Source: Auanema rhodensis
Lineage: Eukaryota; Animalia; Nematoda
Direction: 5' to 3'
Assembly: GCA_964057225.1 (NCBI GenBank)
Contig: OZ059895.1
Location: 1,364,001-1,428,000 of the forward strand
Length of the DNA stretch: 64,000 nucleotides
Shown: piece by piece, positions 1 to 11,400 of the stretch
How the letters are laid out: every line of letters starts with the position of its first letter
How positions within the stretch are numbered: position 1 is the first letter of the stretch
Program-made: the position numbers and the translations under genes
The notes under the pieces: model-generated
Databases searched by the model: none
What the model was told of the DNA's origin: nothing
Seen by the model: the letters and a program-made list of their open reading frames with translations, nothing else

Positions 1-58
1 GTCCATCGTCTTTGCCTTAAAAAAAGGAATCTGAAAACATCTACTTTTTGCTAAATTA

Positions 59-91
59 TTTTGAAATTTTTCGAAAAAATTTTTGTCAAAA
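59..91. other. Imperfect palindrome in each monomer (core TTTTTCGAAAAA, 67-78)
   Basis: Perfect 12-bp palindrome at 67-78, flanked by TTTTGA (59-64) and TCAAAA (86-91), which are reverse complements. Confidence 0.85.
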
Positions 92-105
92 TGTTTTTGG
101 AAGCA

Positions 106-133
106 ATGTTGAGTGTACATGGAAACTCAACAT
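106..133. other. 9-bp perfect inverted repeat with 10-nt spacer in each monomer
   Basis: ATGTTGAGT (106-114) and ACTCAACAT (125-133) are exact reverse complements. Confidence 0.9.
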
Positions 134-260
134 ACACTAATGCATCATTTTTCAAACGATCATAACTAATTTTTGTATTAGGCGTTTCTCAATGTAGTAT
201 AGTGCATTCGATGCGGATTTTTAAGCTGCGTCGATCTGTGTTATCAGATTTGCGCTAGCT

Positions 261-317
261 TGAAAATGCACCGAGATATCAACTGATATAAGTTCACACT
301 TATATCCTCGATTTTCA
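261..317. other. Extended imperfect inverted repeat in each monomer (9-bp core stem, 4-nt loop)
   Basis: GATATAAGT (285-293), loop TCAC, ACTTATATC (298-306). Outer pairs are CGAG (272-275)/CTCG (307-310) and TGAAAAT (261-267)/ATTTTCA (311-317). Confidence 0.85.
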
Positions 318-3300
318 CCCTGAAGAATTAATTTTTTCGTTGAATAACATTGTCCATCGTCTTTGCCTTGAAAAAAAGAATCTAAAAACATCTACTTTTT
401 GCTAAATTATTTTGAAATTTTTCGAAAAAATTTTTGTCAAAATGTTTTTGGAAGCAATGTTGAGTGTACATGGAAACTCAACATACACTAATGCATCATT
501 TTTCAAACGATCATAACTAATTTTTGTATTAGGCGTTTTTCAATGTAGTATAGTGCATTCGATGCGGATTTTTAAGCTGCGTCGATCTGTGTTATCAGAT
601 TTGCGCTAGCTTGAAAATGCACCGAGATATCAACTGATATAAGTTCACACTTATATCCTCGATTTTCACCCTGAAGAATTAATTTTTTCGTTGAATAACA
701 TTGTCCATCGTCTTTGCCTTAAAAAAAGGAATCTGAAAACATCTACTTTTTGCTAAATTATTTTGAAATTTTTCGAAAAAATTTTTGTCAAAATGTTTTT
801 GGAAGCAATGTTGAGTGTACATGGAAACTCAAAATACACTAATGCATCATTTTTCAAACGATCATAACTAATTTTTGTATTAGGCGTTTCTCAATGTAGT
901 ATAGTGCATTCGATGCGGATTTTTAAGCTGCGTCGATCTGTGTTATCAGATTTGCGCTAGCTTGAAAATGCACCGAGATATCAACTGATATAAGTTCACA
1001 CTTATATCCTCGATTTTCACCCTGAAGAATTAATTTTTTCGTTGAATAACATTGTCCATCGTCTTTGCCTTAAAAAAAGGAATCTGAAAACATCTACTTT
1101 TTGCTAAATTATTTTGAAATTTTTCGAAAAAATTTTTGTCAAAATGTTTTTGGAAGCAATGTTGAGTGTACATGGAAACTCAACATACACTAATGCATCA
1201 TTTTTCAAACGATCATAACTAATTTTTGTATTAGGCGTTTTTCAATGTAGTATAGTGCATTCGATGCGGATTTTTAAGCTGCGTCGATCTGTGTTATCAG
1301 ATTTGCGCTAGCTTGAAAATGCACCGAGATATCAACTGATATAAGTTCACACTTATATCCTCGATTTTCACCCTGAAGAATTAATTTTTTCGTTGAATAA
1401 CATTGTCCATCGTCTTTGCCTTAAAAAAAGGAATCTGAAAACATCTACTTTTTGCTAAATTATTTTGAAATTTTTCGAAAAAATTTTTGTCAAAATGTTT
1501 TTGGAAGCAATGTTGAGTGTACATGGAAACTCAACATACACTAATGCATCATTTTTCAAACGATCATAACTAATTTTTGTATTAGGCGTTTCTCAATGTA
1601 GTATAGTGCATTCGATGCGGATTTTTAAGCTGCGTCGATCTGTGTTATCAGATTTGCGCTAGCTTGAAAATGCACCGAGATATCAACTGATATAAGTTCA
1701 CACTTATATCCTCGATTTTCACCCTGAAGAATTAATTTTTTCGTTGAATAACATTGTCCATCGTCTTTGCCTTGAAAAAAGGAATCTAAAAACATCTACT
1801 TTTTGCTAAATTATTTTGAAATTTTTCGAAAAAATTTTTGTCAAAATGTTTTTGGAAGCAATGTTGAGTGTACATGGAAACTCAACATACACTAATGCAT
1901 CATTTTTCAAACGATCATAACTAATTTTTGTATTAAGCGTTTCTCAATGTAATATAGTGCATTCGATGCGGATTTTTAAGCTGCGTCGATCTGTGTTATC
2001 AGATTTGCGCTAGCTTAAAAATGCACCGAGATATCAACTGATATAAGTTCACACTTATATCCTCGATTTTCACCCTGAAGAATTAATTTTTTCGTTGAAT
2101 AACATTAACCATCGTCTTTGCCTTGAAAAAAGGAATCTGAAAACATCTACTTTTTGCTAAATTATTTTGAAATTTTTCGAAAAAATTTTTGTCAAAATGT
2201 TTTTGGAAGCAATGTTGAGTGTACATGGAAACTCAACATACACTGATGCATCATTTTTCAAACGATCATAACTAATTTTTGTATTAAGCGTTTCTCAATT
2301 TAGTATAGTGCATTCGATGCGGATTTTTAAGCTGCGTCGATCTGTGTTATCAGATTTGCGCTAGCTGAAAAATGCACCGAGATATCAACTGATATAAGTT
2401 CACACTTATATCCTCGATTTTCACCCTGAAGAATTAGTTTTTTCGTTGAATAACATTGTCCATCGTCTTTGCCTTGAAAAAAGGAATCTAAAAACATCTA
2501 CTTTTTGCTAAATTATTTTGAAATTTTTCGAAAAAATTTTTGTCAAAATGTTTTTGGAAGCAATGTTGAGTGTACATGGAAACTCAACATACACTAATGC
2601 ATCATTTTTCAAACGATCATAACTAATTTTTGTATTAAGCGTTTCTCAATTTTGTATAGTGCATTCGATGCGGATTTTTAAGCTGCGTCGATCTGTGTTA
2701 TCAGATTTGCGCTAGCTGAAAAATGCACCGAGATATCAACTGATATAAGTTCACACTTATATCCTCGATTTTCACCCTGAAGAATTAATTTTTTCGTTGA
2801 ATAACATTGTCCATCGTCTTTGCCTTGAAAAAAGGAATCTAAAAACATCTACTTTTTGCTAAATTATTTTGAAATTTTTCGAAAAAATTTTTGTCAAAAT
2901 GTTTTTGGAAGCAATGTTGAGTGTACATGGAAACTCAACATACACTAATGCATCATTTTTCAAACGATCATAATTAATTTTTGTATTAAGCGTTTCTCAA
3001 TTTAGTATAGTGCATTCGATGCGGATTTTTAAGCTGCGTCGATCTGTGTTATCAGATTTGCGCTAGCTTAAAAATGCACCGAGATATCAACTGATATAAG
3101 TTCACACTTATATCCTCGATTTTCACCCTGAAGAATTAATTTTTTCGTTGAATAACATTGTCCATCGTCTTTGCCTTGAAAAAAGGAATCTGAAAACATC
3201 TACTTTTTGCTAAATTATTTTGAAATTTTTCGAAAAAATTTTTGTCAAAATGTTTTTGGAAGCAATGTTGAGTGTACATGGAAACTCAACATACACTGAT

Positions 3301-6300
3301 GCATCATTTTTCAAACGATCATAACTAATTTTTGTATTAAGCGTTTCTCAATTTAGTATAGTGCATTCGATGCGGATTTTTAAGCTGCGTCGATCTGTGT
3401 TATCAGATTTGCGCTAGCTGAAAAATGCACCGAGATATCAACTGATATAAGTTCACACTTATATCCTCGATTTTCACCCTGAAGAATTAATTTTTTCGTT
3501 GAATAACATTGTCCATCGTCTTTGCCTTGAAAAAAGGAATCTGAAAACATCTACTTTTTGCTAAATTATTTTGAAATTTTTCGAAAAAATTTTTGTCAAA
3601 ATGTTTTTGGAAGCAATGTTGAGTGTACATGGAAACTCAACATACACTGATGCATCATTTTTCAAACGATCATAACTAATTTTTGTATTAAGCGTTTCTC
3701 AATTTAGTATAGTGCATTCGATGCGGATTTTTAAGCTGCGTCGATCTGTGTTATCAGATTTGCGCTAACTGAAAAATGCACCGAGATATCAACTGATATA
3801 AGTTCACACTTATATCCTCGATTTTCACCCTGAAGAATTAATTTTTTCGTTGAATAACATTGTCCATCGTCTTTGCCTTGAAAAAAGGAATCTAAAAACA
3901 TCTACTTTTTGCTAAATTATTTTGAAATTTTTCGAAAAAATTTTTGTCAAAATGTTTTTGGAAGCAATGTTGAGTGTACATGGAAACTCAACATACACTA
4001 ATGCATCATTTTTCAAACGATCATAACTAATTTTTGTATTAAGCGTTTCTCAATGTAGTATAGTGCATTCGATGCGGATTTTTAAGCTGCGTCGTTCTGT
4101 GTTATCAGATTTGCGCTAGCTTAAAAATGCACCGAGATATCAACTGATATAAGTTCACACATATATCCTCGATTTTCACCCTGAAGAATTAATTTTTTCG
4201 TTGAATAACATTGTCCATCGTCTTTGCCTTGAAAAAAGGAATCTAAAAACATCTACTTTTTGCTAAATTATTTTGAAATTTTTCGAAAAAATTTTTGTCA
4301 AAATGTTTTTGGAAGCAATGTTGAGTGTACATGGAAACTCAACATACACTAATGCATCATTTTTCAAACGATCATAACTAATTTTTGTATTAGGCGTTTC
4401 TCAATGTAGTATAGTGCATTCGATGCGGATTTTTAAGCTGCGTCGATCTGTGTTATCAGATTTGCGCTAGCTTGAAAATGCACCGAGATATCAACTGATA
4501 TAAGTTCACACTTATATCCTCGATTTTCACCCTGAAGAATTAATTTTTTCGTTGAATAACATTGTCCATCGTCTTTGCCTTGAAAAAAAGAATCTAAAAA
4601 CATCTACTTTTTGCTAAATTATTTTGAAATTTTTCGAAAAAATTTTTGTCAAAATGTTTTTGGAAGCAATGTTGAGTGTACATGGAAACTCAACATACAC
4701 TAATGCATCATTTTTCAAACGATCATAACTAATTTTTGTATTAGGCGTTTTTCAATGTAGTATAGTGCATTCGATGCGGATTTTTAAGCTGCGTCGATCT
4801 GTGTTATCAGATTTGCGCTAGCTTGAAAATGCACCGAGATATCAACTGATATAAGTTCACACTTATATCCTCGATTTTCACCCTGAAGAATTAATTTTTT
4901 CGTTGAATAACATTGTCCATCGTCTTTGCCTTAAAAAAAGGAATCTGAAAACATCTACTTTTTGCTAAATTATTTTGAAATTTTTCGAAAAAATTTTGTC
5001 AAAATGTTTTTGGAAGCAATGTTGAGTGTACATGGAAACTCAAAATACACTAATGCATCATTTTTCAAACGATCATAACTAATTTTTGTATTAGGCGTTT
5101 CTCAATGTAGTATAGTGCATTCGATGCGGATTTTTAAGCTGCGTCGATCTGTGTTATCAGATTTGCGCTAGCTTGAAAATGCACCGAGATATCAACTGAT
5201 ATAAGTTCACACTTATATCCTCGATTTTCACCCTGAAGAATTAATTTTTTCGTTGAATAACATTGTCCATCGTCTTTGCCTTAAAAAAAGGAATCTGAAA
5301 ACATCTACTTTTTGCTTAATTATTTTGAAATTTTTCGAAAAAATTTTTGTCAAAATGTTTTTGGAAGCAATGTTGAGTGTACATGGAAACTCAAAATACA
5401 CTAATGCATCATTTTTCAAACGATCATAACTAATTTTTGTATTAGGCGTTTCTCAATGTAGTATAGTGCATTCGATGCGGATTTTTAAGCTGCGTCGATC
5501 TGTGTTATCAGATTTGCGCTAGCTTGAAAATGCACCGAGATATCAACTGATATAAGTTCACACTTATATCCTCGATTTTCACCCTGAAGAATTAATTTTT
5601 TCGTTGAATAACATTGTCCATCGTCTTTGCCTTAAAAAAAGGAATCTGAAAACATCTACTTTTTGCTTAATTATTTTGAAATTTTTCGAAAAAATTTTTG
5701 TCAAAATGTTTTTGGAAGCAATGTTGAGTGTACATGGAAACTCAAAATACACTAATGCATCATTTTTCAAACGATCATAACTAATTTTTGTATTAGGCGT
5801 TTCTCAATGTAGTATAGTGCATTCGATGCGGATTTTTAAGCTGCGTCGATCTGTGTTATCAGATTTGCGCTAGCTTGAAAATGCACCGAGATACCAACTG
5901 ATATAAGTTCACACTTATATCCTCGATTTTCACCCTGAAGAATTAATTTTTTCGTTGAATAACATTGTCCATCGTCTTTGCCTTGAAAAAAGGAATCTAA
6001 AAACATCTACTTTTTGCTAAATTATTTTGAAATTTTTCGAAAAAATTTTTGTCAAAATGTTTTTGGAAGCAATGTTGAGTGTACATGGAAACTCAACATA
6101 CACTAATGCATCATTTTTCAAACGATCATAACTAATTTTTGTATTAAGCGTTTCTCAATGTAGTATAGTGCATTCGATGCGGATTTTTAAGCTGCGTCGT
6201 TCTGTGTTATCAGATTTGCGCTATCTTAAAAATGCACCGAGATATCAACTGATATAAGTTCACACATATATCCTCGATTTTCACCCTGAAGAATTAATTT

Positions 6301-8423
6301 TTTCGTTGAATAACATTGTCCATCGTCTTTGCCTTGAAAAAAGGAATCTAAAAACATCTACTTTTTGCTAAATTATTTTGAAATTTTTCGAAAAAATTTT
6401 TGTCAAAATGTTTTTGGAAGCAATGTTGAGTGTACATGGAAACTCAACATACACTAATGCATCATTTTTCAAACGATCATAATTAATTTTTGTATTAAGC
6501 GTTTCTCAATTTAGTATAGTGCATTCGATGCGGATTTTTAAGCTGCGTCGATCTGTGTTATCAGATTTGCGCTAGCTTAAAAATGCACCGAGATATCAAC
6601 TGATATAAGTTCACACTTATATCCTCGATTTTCACCCTGAAGAATTAATTTTTTCGTTGAATAACATTGTCCATCGTCTTTGCCTTGAAAAAAGGAATCT
6701 GAAAACATCTACTTTTTGCTAAATTATTCTGAAATTTTTCGAAAAAATTTTTGTCAAAATGTTTTTGGAAGCAATGTTGAGTGTACATGGAAACTCAACA
6801 TACACTGATGCATCATTTTTCAAACGATCATAACTAATTTTTGTATTAAGCGTTTCTCAATTTAGTATAAAGCATTCGATGCGGATTTTTAAGCTGCGTC
6901 GATCTGTGTTATCAGATTTGCGCTAGCTGAAAAATGCACCGAGATATCAACTGATATAAGTTCACACTTATATCCTCGATTTTCACCCTGAAGAATTAAT
7001 TTTTTCGTTGAATCACATTGTCCATCGTCTTTGCCTTGAAAAAAGGAATCTAAAAACATCTACTTTTTGCTAAATTATTTTGAAATTTTTCGAAAAAATT
7101 TTTGTCAAAATGTTTTTGGAAGCAATGTTGAGTGTACATGGAAACTCAACATACACTAATGCATCATTTTTCAAACGATCATAACTAATTTTTGTATTAA
7201 GCGTTTCTCAATTTTGTATAGTGCATTCGATGCGGATTTTTAAGCTGCGTCGATCTGTGTTATCAGATTTGCGCTAGCTGAAAAATGCACCGAGATATCA
7301 ACTGATATAAGTTCACACTTATATCCTCGATTTTCACCCTGAAGAATTAATTTTTTCGTTGAATAACATTGTCCATCGTCTTTGCCTTGAAAAAAGGAAT
7401 CTAAAAACATCTACTTTTTGCTAAATTATTTTGAAATTTTTCGAAAAAATTTTTGTCAAAATGTTTTTGGAAGCAATGTTGAGTGTACATGGAAACTCAA
7501 CATACACTAATGCATCATTTTTCAAACGATCATAACTAATTTTTGTATTAGGCGTTTCTCAATGTAGTATAGTGCATTCGATGCGGATTTTTAAGCTGCG
7601 TCGATCTGTGTTATCAGATTTGCGCTAGCTTGAAAATGCACCGAGATATCAACTGATATAAGTTCACACTTATATCCTCGATTTTCACCCTGAAGAATTA
7701 ATTTTTTCGTTGAATAACATTGTCCATCGTCTTTGCCTTAAAAAAAGGAATCTGAAAACATCTACTTTTTGCTAAATTATTTTGAAATTTTTCGAAAAAA
7801 TTTTTGTCAAAATGTTTTTGGAAGCAATGTTGAGTGTACATGGAAACTCAACATACACTAATGCATCATTTTTCAAACGATCATAACTAATTTTTGTATT
7901 AGGCGTTTTTCAATGTAGTATAGTGCATTCGATGCGGATTTTTAAGCTGCGTCGATCTGTGTTATCAGATTTGCGCTAGCTTGAAAATGCACCGAGATAT
8001 CAACTGATATAAGTTCACACTTATATCCTCGATTTTCACCCTGAAGAATTAATTTTTTCGTTGAATAACATTGTCCATCGTCTTTGCCTTAAAAAAAGGA
8101 ATCTGAAAACATCTACTTTTTGCTAAATTATTTTGAAATTTTTCGAAAAAATTTTTGTCAAAATGTTTTTGGAAGCAATGTTGAGTGTACATGGAAACTC
8201 AACATACACTAATGCATCATTTTTCAAACGATCATAACTAATTTTTGTATTAGGCGTTTCTCAATGTAGTATAGTGCATTCGATGCGGATTTTTAAGCTG
8301 CGTCGATCTGTGTTATCAGATTTGCGCTAGCTTGAAAATGCACCGAGATATCAACTGATATAAGTTCACACTTATATCCTCGATTTTCACCCTGAAGAAT
8401 TAATTTTTTCGTTGAATAACATT

Positions 8424-11400
8424 GTCCATCGTCTTTGCCTTGAAAAAAGGAATCTAAAAACATCTACTTTTTGCTAAATTATTTTGAAATTTTTCGAAAA
8501 AATTTTTGTCAAAATGTTTTTGGAAGCAATGTTGAGTGTACATGGAAACTCAACATACACTAATGCATCATTTTTCAAACGATCATAACTAATTTTTGTA
8601 TTAAGCGTTTCTCAATGTAATATAGTGCATTCGATGCGGATTTTTAAGCTGCGTCGATCTGTGTTATCAGATTTGCGCTAGCTTAAAAATGCACCGAGAT
8701 ATCAACTGATATAAGTTCACACTTATATCCTCGATTTTCACCCTGAAGAATTAATTTTTTCGTTGAATAACATTGTCCATCGTCTTTGCCTTGAAAAAAG
8801 GAATCTGAAAACATCTACTTTTTGCTAAATTATTTTGAAATTTTTCGAAAAAATTTTTGTCAAAATGTTTTTGGAAGCAATGTTGAGTGTACATGGAAAC
8901 TCAACATACACTGATGCATCATTTTTCAAACGATCATAACTAATTTTTGTATTAAGCGTTTCTCAATTTAGTATAGTGCATTCGATGCGGATTTTTAAGC
9001 TGCGTCGATCTGTGTTATCAGATTTGCGCTAGCTGAAAAATGCACCGAGATATCAACTGATATAAGTTCACACTTATATCCTCGATTTTCACCCTGAAGA
9101 ATTAATTTTTTCGTTGAATAACATTGTCCATCGTCTTTGCCTTGAAAAAAGGAATCTAAAAACATCTACTTTTTGCTAAATTATTTTGAAATTTTTCGAA
9201 AAAATTTTTGTCAAAATGTTTTTGGAAGCAATGTTGAGTGTACATGGAAACTCAACATACACTAATGCATCATTTTTCAAACGATCATAACTAATTTTTG
9301 TATTAAGCGTTTCTCAATTTTGTATAGTGCATTCGATGCGGATTTTTAAGCTGCGTCGATCTGTGTTATCAGATTTGCGCTAGCTGAAAAATGCACCGAG
9401 ATATCAACTGATATAAGTTCACACTTATATCCTCGATTTTCACCCTGAAGAATTAATTTTTTCGTTGAATAACATTGTCCATCGTCTTTGCCTTGAAAAA
9501 AGGAATCTAAAAACATCTACTTTTTGCTAAATTATTTTGAAATTTTTCGAAAAAATTTTTGTCAAAATGTTTTTGGAAGCAATGTTGAGTGTACATGGAA
9601 ACTCAACATACACTAATGCATCATTTTTCAAACGATCATAACTAATTTTTGTATTAAGCGTTTCTCAATGTAGTATAGTGCATTCGATGCGGATTTTTAA
9701 GCTGCGTCGTTCTGTGTTATCAGCTTTGCGCTAGCTTAAAAATGCACCGAGATATCAACTGATATAAGTTCACACATATATCCTCGATTTTCACCCTGAA
9801 GAATTAATTTTTTCGTTGAATAACATTGTCCATCGTCTTTGCCTTGAAAAAAGGAATCTAAAAACATCTACTTTTTGCTAAATTATTTTGAAATTTTTCG
9901 AAAAAATTTTTGTCAAAATGTTTTTGGAAGCAATGTTGAGTGTACATGGAAACTCAACATACACTAATGCATCATTTTTCAAACGATCATAATTAATTTT
10001 TATATTAAGCGTTTCTCAATTTAGTATAGTGCATTCGATGCGGATTTTTAAGCTGCGTCGATCTGTGTTATCAGATTTGCGCTAGCTTAAAAATGCACCG
10101 AGATATCAACTGATATAAGTTCACACTTATATCCTCGATTTTCACCCTGAAGAATTAATTTTTTCGTTGAATAACATTGTCCATCGTCTTTGCCTTGAAA
10201 AAAGAAATCTGAAAACATCTACTTTTTGCTAAATTATTTTGAAATTTTTCGAAAAAATTTTTGTCAAAATGTTTTTGGAAGCAATGTTGAGTGTACATGG
10301 AAACTCAACATACACTGATGCATCATTTTTCAAACGATCATAACTAATTTTTGTATTAAGCGTTTCTCAATTTAGTATAGTGCATTCGATGCGGATTTTT
10401 AAGCTGCGTCGATCTGTGTTATCAGATTTGCGCTAGCTGAAAAATGCACCGAGATATCAACTGATATAAGTTCACACTTATATCCTCGATTTGCACCCTG
10501 AAGAATTAATTTTTTCGTTGAATAACATTGTCCATCGTCTTTGCCTTGAAAAAAGGAATCTGAAAACATCTACTTTTTGCTAAATTATTTTGAAATTTTT
10601 CGAAAAAATTTTTGTCAAAATGTTTTTGGAAGCAATGTTGAGTGTACATGGAAACTCAACATACACTGATGCATCATTTTTCAAACGATCATAACTAATT
10701 TTTGTATTAAGCGTTTCTCAATTTAGTATAGTGCATTCGATGCGGATTTTTAAGCTGCGTCGATCTGTGTTATCAGATTTGCGCTAGCTGAAAAATGCAC
10801 CGAGATATCAACTGATATAAGTTCACACTTATATCCTCGATTTTCACCCTGAAGAATTAATTTTTTCGTTGAATAACATTGTCCATCGTCTTTGCCTTGA
10901 AAAAAGGAATCTAAAAACATCTACTTTTTGCTAAATTATTTTGAAATTTTTCGAAAAAATTTTTGTCAAAATGTTTTTGGAAGCAATGTTGAGTGTACAT
11001 GGAAACTCAACATACACTAATGCATCATTTTTCAAACGATCATAACTAATTTTTGTATTAAGCGTTTCTCAATGTAATATAGTGCATTCGATGCGGATTT
11101 TTAAGCTGCGTCGATCTGTGTTATCAGATTTGCGCTAGCTTAAAAATGCACCGAGATATCAACTGATATAAGTTCACACTTATATCCTCGATTTTCACCC
11201 TGAAGAATTAATTTTTTCGTTGAATAACATTGTCCATCGTCTTTGCCTTGAAAAAAGGAATCTGAAAACATCTACTTTTTGCTAAATTATTTTGAAATTT
11301 TTCGAAAAAATTTTTGTCAAAATGTTTTTGGAAGCAATGTTGAGTGTACATGGAAACTCAACATACACTGATGCATCATTTTTCAAACGATCATAACTAA

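Larger units (their letters stand above)
1..351 (+). repeat. Representative monomer M1 (351 bp, 112 G+C = ~32% GC)
   Basis: Direct reading. Positions 1-180 are A/T-tract rich (~27% GC) and 181-300 are ~41% GC. Single sites are seen for BstBI TTCGAA (70-75), BsrGI TGTACA (114-119), NsiI ATGCAT (140-145), NheI GCTAGC (254-259) and EcoRV GATATC (275-280). Confidence 0.97.

Noticed and set aside
206-222. CENP-B box-like motif at ATTCGATGCGGA
   Set aside because: It has TTCG and CGG, but not the TTCG-N4-A-N2-CGGG spacing.
254-306. Helitron 3' end (hairpin followed by CTAG on the minus strand)
   Set aside because: The hairpin is AT-rich, its distance to CTAG is atypical, and CTAG is followed by C rather than the T expected at an A/T target.
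1-351. Tandem RNA gene cluster (5S rRNA, tRNA, snRNA, spliced leader)
   Set aside because: I recognise no 5S, tRNA cloverleaf, A/B box or spliced-leader sequence on either strand. An Infernal/Rfam scan would be decisive.
1-351. Internal dimer of ~175-bp subunits
   Set aside because: The two halves share only generic AT motifs such as TAATTTTT, with no alignable homology by eye.
5228-5770. Two identical 63-aa minus-strand ORFs (MKNDALVYF...)
   Set aside because: They exist only because the GCTAAAT>GCTTAAT variant in M16-17 removes a TAG that is present in the other monomers. There is no recognisable domain, and the F/K/I-rich composition mirrors the A/T tracts.
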